A stretch of 64,000 bases of DNA from Nitrospinaceae bacterium (GTDB taxonomy: Bacteria > Nitrospinota > Nitrospinia > Nitrospinales > VA-1), in contig JAJDAY010000030.1 of the NCBI GenBank assembly GCA_029261655.1, forward strand, positions 186,916 through 250,915. Direction: 5' to 3'. Shown piece after piece: positions 37,719 through 47,623 of the stretch. Position numbers and translations under genes: made by a program. A model generated the notes under the pieces. It saw nothing but the letters and a program-made list of their open reading frames with translations, did not search any database and was not told the DNA's origin. Every line of letters starts with the position of its first letter. Positions within the stretch are counted from its first letter, which is position 1.

Positions 37719-39914
37719 TCAATTGGGTTTGTAGTCGATCAATGGGAACTGGGGCGGGAGATTGTAATTTCCCGGATGAAAGGTTTTCATCAAGCCGGAA
37801 GGTTGAAAAGGCCAGGAACCTTTAAACTTGTTTTCAGGGGCATTGCCCTTGAAAACAAGAACCCCGTATTTTCCATAATGCGGCAGTTTCCGGATCAATC
37901 CGGGAACGCTTTCGCCTGAACTGGCGATCACCCAGGTGGCGGAACCTTCCTGGTCGCCCGGTCTTTGCAGGGTGAATGCAAAACTATGATCTTTCCATGC
38001 AAATGATTTTCCTTCAATCACCACTCCGTTTTCATTGAATTTCACGCCATAATTTTCAAGTTGCGGTTTCAGGCGCCTGGCATAGGCGTTGGTGCGGCCA
38101 AATACCCACAGACTGCCATTGGGGACGAGGCCGGACTTGTCGTCTTTTATCAGGGGTCCCATCACACTGCTGTCGCTCACGAGTGATTGCGCGAACTCAT
38201 GATAGCCCATCAGGACATCCGGAAAATCCCCCTCGGTGGGCATGATTCTGGCGGGCAGGGGGGCACCATAAGTTTGCCCGATAGCCGGAGGAACTTCCTT
38301 GCGGTCGAGTTTACGAAATACTTCTGTATAAGGATCGATCAATACTCTGCCAGGTTCCCCGCTCAATGGAAAGGAAGCGGTGAGGGTTTTTTTCGTCATG
38401 TCCAGGACCCTGATTACCGGAACGGCTTTCCCTTTCGTCCAGATGGCCAGCGGAAGTTTGAGAGGAAACGCCGGCCCTTCCTGCGCCTGCTGGACGGTGA
38501 TATGCAGTTGATGACCTTTCCCTGACCGGGTGTGCGTCGCGGATGCCAGCTTGAGTTCAGGACCGCCCTTGCGGTAGGTCCAATGCGCGAAAAAACTGGA
38601 TAGATCTTTTCCCGATGCCGATTCAAAAGATATTCTAAGGTCGTCCAGTCCCGCAAAGCGAAACTTGCGGTCCCGATAGAATTCGCGCAGGGCTTTAAGA
38701 AAAGCGTCATCGCCGACCTGCAATCTCAGCATGTGTATCATCATGAGCATCTTGCCGTATCCAATGGCCTGCGAGGACATGCTCGTGCGCCCTTTAAAAT
38801 TGATCAACGGAAAGTCATTGGACTCGTTGACATAGTTCAGGTTTTTGATCAATTGTTGCAATCGGTATTGACTGCCCTTGCCTTCCAGATCCAGCAGAAG
38901 ATGATCGGAAAGATAGGCGGTCAGACCTTCCGCCCAGTTGCCGTTTTCGATGTCGATATAAACGCTGTTGCCCCACCAGTTGTGCAAAATTTCGTGCGGG
39001 TAGGAAGTGTTCAGGATAAATGGAAAGCGGATGATCTTTGAACCCAGGAAAGTGAACGAAGCCATTCCATAGCCGGTTTGCAAAGCATTTTCTATCAAGG
39101 CGAATTTTGGGTAAGGGTAGGGGCCGATCAGTTTTTCATAGAAATCGAGATATTTTTTAGCCGCGATAAAGTATTTTTCAGCCAGTTCGGGTTCTGGTTT
39201 CAGTAAAAAAGCGTAGAGATCGATGCCTTCATGGTGAGACTGAAATTTCTTAAAACGGTTCGCGATTAAAAAGATTTCTTCCATGGGCTGGGCGGCTTCC
39301 CAGACAACCCGATCGCCTTTTTTGGATTCCGCCATTTTTTGTCCCTGGCTCACCACTTTCCAGTCGGCGGGGTGATCCACCGTGAGTTGAAAGGTCATGA
39401 GATCCGGTGGGCCGAATTCCGCCCGAGTTTGCGGGTAGAAATAGCTTGCTCCTGAGAGGAAGATTCCCGGGTCAAGAGCCTCAGAAGCCGGGGAGGGCTT
39501 CGGATTTTGCGGGTTGAAAACCTGGCCTCCATATTCAAATTCGATGATGAGAAACTCGGGCCAGGGGAGGTCGGTGATTTTCCGAATCGCGATTTCGGTG
39601 AGTGGGATTTTTTCATCGGTGGCCAGAGCGCGTGTGGTTTCGATGATGAAATCCGTGTTGTCGGGAATGGTCACTTTGCCTAGCCAGAAATCTCCGTGCA
39701 GGTAAAGTTTCAGGACGAAATCATTTTCCTCTATCAAGTGGACCGTCAGAATGTCCTTGATTTGAGCTGATTTTCGATCCGGGTCCAGTTTCACCCAGAT
39801 ATTGTGGTGAACAGGTCCTTCAAGGGCCAGAGAAATACCCGGACAAAATAATACGGACCCGAACGTCCAGAGAGTTGCCCAATAAAAAATGTTTAAAAAA
39901 TTTCTTTTATCCAA
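37719..39914 (-). CDS. M1-family-like zinc metallopeptidase (gluzincin), secreted
   Basis: HEILHNWWGN ... WAEGLTAY (HExxH then E 17-18 residues on), with a signal/anchor at the N-terminus. I do not see a clear GAMEN motif. Confidence 0.8.
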   Translation of the reverse strand: MDKRNFLNIFYWATLWTFGSVLFCPGISLALEGPVHHNIWVKLDPDRKSAQIKDILTVHLIEENDFVLKLYLHGDFWLGKVTIPDNTDFIIETTRALATDEKIPLTEIAIRKITDLPWPEFLIIEFEYGGQVFNPQNPKPSPASEALDPGIFLSGASYFYPQTRAEFGPPDLMTFQLTVDHPADWKVVSQGQKMAESKKGDRVVWEAAQPMEEIFLIANRFKKFQSHHEGIDLYAFLLKPEPELAEKYFIAAKKYLDFYEKLIGPYPYPKFALIENALQTGYGMASFTFLGSKIIRFPFILNTSYPHEILHNWWGNSVYIDIENGNWAEGLTAYLSDHLLLDLEGKGSQYRLQQLIKNLNYVNESNDFPLINFKGRTSMSSQAIGYGKMLMMIHMLRLQVGDDAFLKALREFYRDRKFRFAGLDDLRISFESASGKDLSSFFAHWTYRKGGPELKLASATHTRSGKGHQLHITVQQAQEGPAFPLKLPLAIWTKGKAVPVIRVLDMTKKTLTASFPLSGEPGRVLIDPYTEVFRKLDRKEVPPAIGQTYGAPLPARIMPTEGDFPDVLMGYHEFAQSLVSDSSVMGPLIKDDKSGLVPNGSLWVFGRTNAYARRLKPQLENYGVKFNENGVVIEGKSFAWKDHSFAFTLQRPGDQEGSATWVIASSGESVPGLIRKLPHYGKYGVLVFKGNAPENKFKGSWPFQPSGLMKTFHPGNYNLPPQFPLIDYKPN

Positions 39915-40272
39915 CGATTGCGTCCACTCCCCGTTGTTTTTCGCCGATCACCCTCACGACGATGCGGTTGGGAATGCAGGCGATCAGCCGGTCCGCGTAT
40001 TGTATGTCGCCCGCTTTAATACAGATTTTATTCTTGCAGGGAGAATGGCGAATACGGGCTTTTCCGTTGGCGATTTCCACTTCTGTGATACCCAGTTCGC
40101 CCTTGACCGGGATCACGCGGTTTTCAGACAGACGGTGGCGCGATACCTCCCGCTGATTCATTTCAATCACCACCCAGTCACCTGCCGTCCCCAGCCCCGT
40201 TTTCAGGAAGAGGAACCCATTGATGAGAATCATAACAACGATCAGGATTTTATCGCCCGGAGTGGCACGCAT
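39907..40272 (-). CDS. NusG domain II-containing (DUF1312-like) small membrane-anchored protein
   Basis: N-terminal TM, then VVIEMNQREV......IPVKGELGITEVEIANGKARIRHSPCKNKICIKAGDI...ADRLIACIPNRIVVRV, which is typical of the family. ATG 40272 has GGAG 6 nt upstream. The stop overlaps the peptidase start by 8 nt. Confidence 0.6.
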   Translation of the reverse strand: MRATPGDKILIVVMILINGFLFLKTGLGTAGDWVVIEMNQREVSRHRLSENRVIPVKGELGITEVEIANGKARIRHSPCKNKICIKAGDIQYADRLIACIPNRIVVRVIGEKQRGVDAIVG

Positions 40273-40441
40273 TTTTAACTCCATCCCGCTCCCTTTTAGA
40301 GAAGAAAATTCATGACTGACGGGGCACTCTCTCCGCAACCTTCACGCCCCCGCCGGGCATGAAGGCAACGGTCAAATATCACAGCCGCGCCGCTATGCGG
40401 CTCGCGATGACAATCGAATGAATTGTAATATTCAGTCCGCC

Positions 40442-40468
40442 AAAAACCCATAGCCCGTTAATATGGGT
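40442..40468 (-). terminator. Rho-independent terminator after recG
   Basis: The minus strand reads ACCCATA-ttaacgggc-TATGGGT followed by TTTTGG, 41 nt after the recG stop. Confidence 0.55.
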
Positions 40469-40508
40469 CCAGCTTTAAGCTGGTTATTATAGCGAAAAAG
40501 CCGGGCGA

Positions 40509-42641
40509 TCAGATGATATTCATTAAATTCAGTTTGTCGCCCAGGTAGCTTTTCATGGTTTGCTTCAGGTTTTTGTGCTGAGGGTCTTCCAGCCCAGGGT
40601 CTCGGTCGAGCAGATTAAAGGCTTCTTTTCTCGCCGATTCGAGGATTTTTATGTCACGGATCAGGTTGGCCACTCTTAGAATCGGCATTCCCGATTGGCG
40701 GGTTCCCATAAAATCTCCCGGCCCCCGAATTTTAAGGTCTTGTTCCGCGATCACAAAACCATCGGTGGATTTCTGGATGGCGTCCAGACGTGCTTTCCCA
40801 TCTTCGGAAACCGAAGAGTAGGCGATCAACAGGCAGCGGGAAGCGTGCTGGCCTCTTCCCACGCGTCCTCTGAGCTGGTGGAGTTGGGAAAGGCCGAATC
40901 GCTCGGCGTGTTCGATGATCATCAACGTGGCGTTTGGCACGTCGATGCCCACTTCGATGACGGTGGTTGCCACCAGAACGTCGATCTTTTTTTCGAGGAA
41001 CTCTGCCATGATTAGCTGGCGTTCTTCTTTTTTCATTTTTCCGTGGATCAGGCTGATTTTCAAATCAGGAAAAAGCTGGTTTTGCAGATACTCCTGCACC
41101 TCAATGGCCGTCTTAAGGTCTAACGTCTCGGATTCTTCGATCAAAGGGCAAACGACAAACGCCTGCCTTCCCTTGTCCGTTTCTGAGCGCAAAATGGCGT
41201 AGGCCTGATCCCGTTTGGGTTCAAAAAATATTTGAGTGGCGATGGGTTGTCTCCCCGGCGGAAACTCGTCGAGAAAGGAGACATCCATTTCTCCGTACAG
41301 GGTGAGAGCCAGCGACCGGGGTATGGGGGTCGCCGTCATGACAAGAATATGAGGATGACCGCCCTTTTTACCGATGGCTTCCCGCTGCAATACCCCGAAC
41401 CGGTGTTGTTCGTCGATCACCGCCAGCCCCAGGTTTTTGAACTCGATGCTTTTCTGGATCAGGGCATGAGTGCCGATGACGATCTGGATTTCTCCTTCCT
41501 GAATCTTTTTATGAATGAGTTTTTTTTCCTTCGCTGGCAACGCGCTGGTCACCAGTTCAATGGAAACCCCCAATTGCTGGCAATAGGGCTGAATATTGAG
41601 GAAGTGTTGCTCGGCTAAAATTTCCGTAGGCACCATGAGTGCGCATTGGGTGTTGTTTTCAACTGCTGTCAGAAGACAGATCAGGGCGGCCACGGTTTTT
41701 CCACTGCCGACATCCCCCTGTATCAGGCGGTTCATGGGTTTGTTCTGTTCCAGATCGTCCATGATTTCACCCAGAATTCTTTTTTGCGCCTGGGTGAGTT
41801 CAAACTTCAGAAGTTTCATGAACTTTCCAATCAAAGGTCCGCGAGTTTTAAACGCACGGCCAGCCCCGACGGTTTTAGGAATGTGCCTTCTTTTAAAGGC
41901 CAACGCCACCTGGATGAGAAAAAATTCTTCAAAGATAAGCCGCTTTTGCGCCGGAGTGCGAAAATGATCCAGGTCTTTTACCGGAAGGTCGTTGGCTGGC
42001 AGGTGGACCTGATGAAGAGCCTCTTGGCGATGAGGAAATTTGTGGCGGCGGAGGATTTCGTCCGGCAGAATTTCCGGCACTAAAAAGGCGTGGGTCTCGA
42101 CCACTCGATTGATAATGGACCGGAGAGTTTTGATATGCAGACCTTCGGTGCTGTGATAGACCGGGATGAGTTTTCCTATCTCTGGAGTTTCGTTTTCTTT
42201 TAAGGAGATAACCTCTATATCAGGATGAACGACTTCAATCCCTCCACCTTGATAACGGCTGATTTCCGGTTTTCCCGAAAGAATGACTTTAGAGCCAACG
42301 GGATACTTTTCTGTCATATAAAGCTCCCGAAAGCGAAACCATTTGGCCGGGATTGTTCCGGTATCGTCTTTGATGTGAATCGCCAGGATCTTTTTTCGGC
42401 GGCCAATGCGTTGGGTTTCCGCGCTCTCGATTTCGCCGGTGAAGGTGACCCTTTCGCCGGGAACAAGATCGGCGATTTTTTTCACCAGCGTGCGATCCTC
42501 ATAGCGGAAGGGGAGGAAGAACAGACAGTCTTCAATGCATTTCAGGCCCAGTTTTTCCAGCAGGAGGGCTCTTTTCGGTCCGACTCCTTTAATATACTGC
42601 AGGGAATCGTCAAAAGAATATTTCTGCGGGTTGGCCTTCAT
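40509..42641 (-). CDS. recG: ATP-dependent DNA helicase RecG
   Basis: Wedge/OB N-terminus, helicase motifs GDVGSGKT and VIDEQHRFG, and TATPIPR, 710 aa. Confidence 0.95.
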   Translation of the reverse strand: MKANPQKYSFDDSLQYIKGVGPKRALLLEKLGLKCIEDCLFFLPFRYEDRTLVKKIADLVPGERVTFTGEIESAETQRIGRRKKILAIHIKDDTGTIPAKWFRFRELYMTEKYPVGSKVILSGKPEISRYQGGGIEVVHPDIEVISLKENETPEIGKLIPVYHSTEGLHIKTLRSIINRVVETHAFLVPEILPDEILRRHKFPHRQEALHQVHLPANDLPVKDLDHFRTPAQKRLIFEEFFLIQVALAFKRRHIPKTVGAGRAFKTRGPLIGKFMKLLKFELTQAQKRILGEIMDDLEQNKPMNRLIQGDVGSGKTVAALICLLTAVENNTQCALMVPTEILAEQHFLNIQPYCQQLGVSIELVTSALPAKEKKLIHKKIQEGEIQIVIGTHALIQKSIEFKNLGLAVIDEQHRFGVLQREAIGKKGGHPHILVMTATPIPRSLALTLYGEMDVSFLDEFPPGRQPIATQIFFEPKRDQAYAILRSETDKGRQAFVVCPLIEESETLDLKTAIEVQEYLQNQLFPDLKISLIHGKMKKEERQLIMAEFLEKKIDVLVATTVIEVGIDVPNATLMIIEHAERFGLSQLHQLRGRVGRGQHASRCLLIAYSSVSEDGKARLDAIQKSTDGFVIAEQDLKIRGPGDFMGTRQSGMPILRVANLIRDIKILESARKEAFNLLDRDPGLEDPQHKNLKQTMKSYLGDKLNLMNII

Positions 42642-42885
42642 TTGGAACGGGTAGCCATAGGGTTTTCGTTAAAACGGAGAAAAAATTCACTCCCTCCGAG
42701 GCAAAACCATCATCATAATCAGATTAAAAGAGGAAGCCAAGGAAAGAATATTGACAGCAACGGTAAAAGCGCAGTATTCTTAAAATGAGCCAGAATATCC
42801 CTTTTAAACAGGGTATTTTGCAAGTTTAGTGTTTTGAACCATTTAATATTTTAAAGGCCGATTGCGGCCGCGAAAATTAACTGGT

Positions 42886-45126
42886 ATGACGCGAATACAG
42901 AAATTGACAGACGCGATTTTAGAATATCATCCTGAAGCGGATATTGATGTAATTCTGGACGCCTTCATTTACTCGGAAAAAGCCCATAGAGGACAAAGCC
43001 GAAAGTCGGGAGAAGCCTATATCTCCCATCCCATCGAAGTCGCCTACAACCTGACACGCCTGAAAATGGATGAACAGACGGTTGCGGCGGGGCTTTTACA
43101 CGACACCATTGAGGACACCCTGTCCACTTCCGAAGAGATTCAGGATCTGTTCGGCGATGAAATTTATCACCTGGTGGAAGGCGTCACGAAAATCAGCAAG
43201 ATGGAGTTTTCCAGCCGTGAGGAAAATCAGGCGGAAAATTACCGCAAGATGATTCTGGCGATGGCCCGTGACATTCGGGTCATCTTGATCAAGCTCGCCG
43301 ACCGCGCCCACAACCTTCAAACCCTTGGTTCCCTGTCCGAAGAGCGACAACGCAGAATCGCCCGCGAAACCCTGGATATTTTTGCTCCTCTGGCCAACCG
43401 ATTGGGCATAGGCTGGCTGAGGGCTGAATTGGAAAACGGAGCTTTCAAATACCTTTACCCCGATGAGTATTCAGAGATTGTGGAAAAAGTGGCGAAGGAG
43501 AAGGACCAGAGAACCTACTACGTCGAAAATGTGTGTGCCGCCATCAACAAGGAGCTCGGTGAATCGGGGTTGGCGGGGGACGTGGTGGGGCGGTCCAAGC
43601 ATATCTACAGCATCTACCAGAAAATGGTGACCCAGAAAATCAGTTTTGAGGATGTGTATGACCTGATCGGCGTCCGGGTGTTGACGGAATCTGTCAAGGA
43701 CTGCTATGCCGTTTTAGGGCTGATCCATTCCTTATGGAAACCCATTCCTGGCCGGTTCAAAGACTATATTGCCATGCCCAAGCCCAACAGATACAAATCC
43801 CTCCACACCACTGTGATCGGACCAAAAGGAGGCCGTGTGGAAGTGCAGATCCGCACCCATGAAATGCACAAAATTTGTGAAGAGGGAATCGCCGCCCACT
43901 GGCAATACAAGGAAAAAGTAGAGGGAAAAAATAAAAAAAATACCAACCAGTTGCAGTGGGTTCGGCACTTGTTGGAACATCAACAGGACCTGAAAAACCC
44001 CAAGGAATTTCTAAACGCGTTCAAGGTCAACCTGTTTTCTCAGGAAGTGTACGTTTTTTCTCCTGACGGCGATGTGTATGCTCTGCCTCACGGCGCGACG
44101 CCTGTGGACTTCGCCTATGCCGTGCACACGGACATTGGCGATCATTGCATGATGGCCAAGGTGGATGGCAAAATCGTGCCTTTGCGCTTCAAACTCAGGA
44201 ACGGCAACCGGGTTGAGATCCTGATTTCAAAAAAGAAATCACCCAACCGCGATTGGCTTTCATTTGTCAAAACATCCAAAGCCAGAAGCCGAATTTCGCA
44301 TCACATCAACAACCAGGAACAGGAACAAAGCCTGGGTCTGGGACGCGAACTGCTGGAAAAGGAAATACGCGATTTCGACTGTTCACCGGATAAACTGCTG
44401 AAGGGGAAAGCCCTGGAGGAAGCCATCCATGCCTGTGGTTACAATTCTCTGGACAGCCTGCTGATGGGGATCGGACTCGGAAAAGTATCCGTCCAATCTT
44501 TTGTCTTTAAACTTCTTCCGAACGAAAAACAGACGAAGGCCAAGTCGAACCGGATCAAGCTCAAAGAAAAAGCGCCGGAAAAGACCCGGGAAAGTGCGAT
44601 CAAGGTCAAATGTTTTAACGACGACATTCTATTGCGCGTCGGAAAATGTTGTAACCCCCTCCCTGGAGACCCCATTTTCGGTTATATCACCCGTGGCCGT
44701 GGGGTGACGGTCCACCATATCGACTGCCCCGGCATCCGGGAACTGGAGGATGAATCTGAACGCCTGGTGGAAGTGGAATGGGATACGGGTCAGAAAACCA
44801 TTTATCCGACAAAGATTTCCATCGTGACAGAAGACAAGCCCGGCCTGCTGGCAAGTATCAGCAATGCCCTCGCGGAATGCGAAATCAATATCATTAAGGC
44901 GAACGTACAGCAGGGACCCAACAAGAGAGCTTTTTTCGATCTCTCCATAGAAATTGAGGACCTGACCCAACTCAACCGGACACTGGATAAAGTCCGGGAA
45001 GTGGAAGGCGTCATTCTTGTGGAAAGAGTCAAGGAATATAAAAAGAAGAGCCTGAACAGGGAGCAGTTGGAATCTAAAGGAGGGGGTAAAGCCACCGGGC
45101 AAGACCTTGGACTGCTGGTCAATTAG
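42886..45126 (+). CDS. rel: Bifunctional (p)ppGpp synthetase/hydrolase (RelA/SpoT homologue: HD + synthetase + TGS + ACT)
   Basis: HD hydrolase LLHDTIEDT, synthetase YKSLHTTV...EVQIRT, TGS VFSPDGDVYALPHGATPVDFAY, and a C-terminal ACT-like region. ATG at 42886; the track TTG is at 42862. Confidence 0.95.
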   Translation: MTRIQKLTDAILEYHPEADIDVILDAFIYSEKAHRGQSRKSGEAYISHPIEVAYNLTRLKMDEQTVAAGLLHDTIEDTLSTSEEIQDLFGDEIYHLVEGVTKISKMEFSSREENQAENYRKMILAMARDIRVILIKLADRAHNLQTLGSLSEERQRRIARETLDIFAPLANRLGIGWLRAELENGAFKYLYPDEYSEIVEKVAKEKDQRTYYVENVCAAINKELGESGLAGDVVGRSKHIYSIYQKMVTQKISFEDVYDLIGVRVLTESVKDCYAVLGLIHSLWKPIPGRFKDYIAMPKPNRYKSLHTTVIGPKGGRVEVQIRTHEMHKICEEGIAAHWQYKEKVEGKNKKNTNQLQWVRHLLEHQQDLKNPKEFLNAFKVNLFSQEVYVFSPDGDVYALPHGATPVDFAYAVHTDIGDHCMMAKVDGKIVPLRFKLRNGNRVEILISKKKSPNRDWLSFVKTSKARSRISHHINNQEQEQSLGLGRELLEKEIRDFDCSPDKLLKGKALEEAIHACGYNSLDSLLMGIGLGKVSVQSFVFKLLPNEKQTKAKSNRIKLKEKAPEKTRESAIKVKCFNDDILLRVGKCCNPLPGDPIFGYITRGRGVTVHHIDCPGIRELEDESERLVEVEWDTGQKTIYPTKISIVTEDKPGLLASISNALAECEINIIKANVQQGPNKRAFFDLSIEIEDLTQLNRTLDKVREVEGVILVERVKEYKKKSLNREQLESKGGGKATGQDLGLLVN

Positions 45127-45318
45127 CTAGCCCGCTTTCGCGACTTTCCCGGCTTTCAGACAGCGAGTGCAGACTTTCATCGTGCGGATAGCGCCCTCAT
45201 AAATCACCCGTAGTTTTTTCAGGTTGGGTTCCCATCGGCGACGGGTTTTGTTGTTGGCATGGCTCACATTATTACCATACATCGGGCCTTTGTCGCACAC
45301 ATCACACCGTTTGGACAT
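45127..45318 (-). CDS. rpmB: 50S ribosomal protein L28 (four-Cys, zinc-ribbon-type variant)
   Basis: [33 protein letters not shown]...[16 protein letters not shown] lies upstream of ATG 45318, and the track ORF extends to 45372. Confidence 0.85.
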   Translation of the reverse strand: MSKRCDVCDKGPMYGNNVSHANNKTRRRWEPNLKKLRVIYEGAIRTMKVCTRCLKAGKVAKAG

Positions 45319-45367
45319 CTTCAGACACTCCTTGCAAAAAACATTGTTTTCAAAAATTTTAGATGCT

Positions 45368-45396
45368 AACATACCCCATCAAAGGGAGCAAGTCAA
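45368..45396 (-). promoter_or_regulatory. Putative sigma-70 promoter of rpmB
   Basis: The minus strand reads TTGACT-N17-TATGTT, ~50 nt upstream of the rpmB ATG. Confidence 0.45.
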
Positions 45397-45411
45397 TTGG
45401 TCCAGCAGGCT

Positions 45412-45642
45412 ATGATCATAAAAAAAGACACAAAAATCAACGAAATAATCAATGCCTACCCCGAGGCCGTGCAGTTTTTTACCGATTTAAACATGAGTTG
45501 CAGTCAGTGCTTCGCCGTGAACTTTGACACCCTTGAAAACGGTGCTCTCATGCACGATATGGACGCCGACCAACTGATTGCCAAGCTCAATCAATTTGTT
45601 TCCACCCTTCCAACACCGACCATCACAGCCTACCCCAAATAA
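45412..45642 (+). CDS. DUF1858 / hybrid-cluster-protein-associated redox disulfide domain protein
   Basis: IKKDTKINEIINAYPEAVQFFTDLNMSCSQC...TLENGALMHDMDADQLIAKLN matches the family pattern as I recall it. Confidence 0.65.
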   Translation: MIIKKDTKINEIINAYPEAVQFFTDLNMSCSQCFAVNFDTLENGALMHDMDADQLIAKLNQFVSTLPTPTITAYPK

Positions 45643-45940
45643 AACTCCGCAATTTAGACAGGGTTAACAGGATATTCAGGATTCCCGGCCCATCGTTCTT
45701 CGCCTTTTATCCTTCTCTCGAAAAAACCTTTTTTTCCGCATTTTTTTGACACCCAAAATATTGGGAATAAAACATGAATACTTAACCCGTAACGGCATCA
45801 TATGCTCTACTCAACCTCACAGGAAAATGAAAAAATCAATCTCTCCATGAGATCAAATTATTTTGGGACTGCTTATTTCTGCTGGATGTTTATCAGGGCA
45901 CGCCCGGTCGGGCGTAATGTAGGGAGAGGTCTTTCTGGAA

Positions 45941-46246
45941 TTATGCCTGGGTGATGATGTCTTTTAAAACACTGCCTGCCACTTCATAAGAATCTACTTT
46001 ATAGGTTCCATTGGCGATTTCGGCTTTGATGCGCTCTACTTTTTCTACCTGAATGGTTTCAGGCTGGGCTTTCACCGCATTGATGGATTTTTGCAGGGCC
46101 ACGGCTTCGGAAGACAAAGCGGTTTTGTCCGAACCCTGGGCGGAACCGGCTGAAGAGGCGCTACTTCCCCCCTTGGCGGGTGGATTGTTATTCCCAACCT
46201 TGATCTTATTTTGAATGATTTTGTTCTTTATCTCGGGAATTTCCAT
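45941..46246 (-). CDS. flgM: Anti-sigma-28 factor FlgM
   Basis: C-terminal KVERIKAEIANGTYKVDSYEVAGSVLKDI, a low-complexity N-terminal half, ~101 aa. AGGAG lies 7 nt upstream of ATG 46246. Confidence 0.75.
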   Translation of the reverse strand: MEIPEIKNKIIQNKIKVGNNNPPAKGGSSASSAGSAQGSDKTALSSEAVALQKSINAVKAQPETIQVEKVERIKAEIANGTYKVDSYEVAGSVLKDIITQA

Positions 46247-46364
46247 CACTTTACTCCTAAACTGCTTGAACTAAAAAACCAGTTTTCAATTGTTTTGGAG
46301 ATTTTCATCTCCAAGACCGCCAACCGCCTCTATACTGGGTTGACTGGCTCTGCCTTTGTCAAAT

Positions 46365-46391
46365 TTATCGGCCATTTTTTGGGAAACTTAA
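46365..46391 (-). promoter_or_regulatory. Sigma-28 (FliA)-type promoter upstream of flgM
   Basis: The minus strand reads TTAAGTTT-N11-GCCGATAA against the enterobacterial consensus TAAAGTTT-N11-GCCGATAA (7/8 and 8/8 matches, correct spacing). It lies ~110 nt upstream of the flgM ATG. Confidence 0.7.
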
Positions 46392-46680
46392 GGCCCCTAC
46401 AGCAAAAATGCAGAAAAATTTATTTATTGGATATTGGATAAAATATCAATAAATCAGCGTTTTGTCAAGCATTGACAGACCGGCTCCTTGTTATGGAAAC
46501 ACCGGTTTTTCAAGGGTTTTTGGTGAAGAATGTTTCTTTAGGGCCATTGTGTGGGGTAGTATGGGGTTGTTATTTTCGGATACGGGCTGGCAAGTCTCTA
46601 CGACCCCTATCGGATTTGGGCAGGACTCCCCCGAAATTCCATTCCAGTTGATTAGATAAAACGACCCTTACTAGCTCAGG

Positions 46681-47613
46681 ATGAAATTTATGAGAAATAC
46701 TCTGTGCCTGGCTTTGCTGGCGGCGATTCTGACCGGTATTCTGGATCTGGGCTCCGGGACCGCCCATGCCGAAAAACTACAGCCCTACTCGCAAATCGCC
46801 TGGAAATATCTCAAAACCCTCACAGGGTTTGGTCCGCGAAACTTCGGCAGTTCTGGATACCTCAAAACAATCGACTTTATCAAGGAGGTTGGGGGAGAAT
46901 TTGCGGATGAGGTGGACGTGCAGACCTTCGATTTTTCCAGCGCCAATGGCAATGCATTGAATATGTCCAACATCCGTTTGCGGTTCAAGGGAACGCAAAA
47001 AGGTCCGGCCATTTTGATCGGAGCGCATTTTGACACCCGTCCCTTTGCGGATGAAGAAACCAACCCCGCCCTGCAATCGCGCCCCATTTTAGGGGCCAAC
47101 GATGGGGGGTCTGGAACGGCGGTGGCTCTGGCTCTGGCCCGGTATCTCAAGGATAACCGGGATCGCCGGACCGTGGAGTTGGTTTTTTTCGACGGTGAAG
47201 ATTACGGAGCCAAGGGGTCGGGTGAAAACTTGCTGGGATCGACCTATTATGCCAATCAGTTGCGGCTAATGAAACGAGAAGAGTGGCCTTATTGCGTCAT
47301 CGTCATCGACATGGTGGGAGACCGCAACCTGGAAATCTTTAAAGAAACTCATTCCCTGAAAAGCGCGCCCTGGCTGGTTGACCTTATTTTTGGAGCGGCG
47401 GAAAAAATGTCGATGACTCAGTTTCGCAGTCAAAGCAAATACACCATTTATGACGATCATTATCCTTTCATTGGGCTTGGAATCCCCTCCGTGGTGTTGA
47501 TCGATTTTGATTACCCAAACTGGCATAAACTGACCGACACTCTGGACAAATGTTCTCCAGAAAGCCTGTTTTCCGTCTTTCGAGTGCTGGTGGCGGTTTT
47601 AGGAAAAATATAG
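46681..47613 (+). CDS. M28-family zinc peptidase / glutaminyl-cyclase-like protein, secreted
   Basis: GAHFDTRP, GANDGGSGTAVALALAR, FFDGEDYG and IDMVGD metal-ligand regions, plus a signal peptide. Confidence 0.8.
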   Translation: MKFMRNTLCLALLAAILTGILDLGSGTAHAEKLQPYSQIAWKYLKTLTGFGPRNFGSSGYLKTIDFIKEVGGEFADEVDVQTFDFSSANGNALNMSNIRLRFKGTQKGPAILIGAHFDTRPFADEETNPALQSRPILGANDGGSGTAVALALARYLKDNRDRRTVELVFFDGEDYGAKGSGENLLGSTYYANQLRLMKREEWPYCVIVIDMVGDRNLEIFKETHSLKSAPWLVDLIFGAAEKMSMTQFRSQSKYTIYDDHYPFIGLGIPSVVLIDFDYPNWHKLTDTLDKCSPESLFSVFRVLVAVLGKI

Positions 47614-47623
47614 ATCGGTGGCG

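Noticed and set aside
40339-40508. Four consecutive hairpins between recG and the NusG_II gene, considered as a possible ncRNA or REP-like element
   Set aside because: One hairpin (40446..40468) followed by a T-run is a plain recG terminator. The others are short 6-bp stems with no recognisable ncRNA signature, so this is not enough for a finding.
42225-42788. 187-aa plus-strand ORF overlapping the recG 5' end and the recG/rel intergenic region
   Set aside because: It is antisense to the recG wedge domain. The rel gene starts further downstream with its own start codon.
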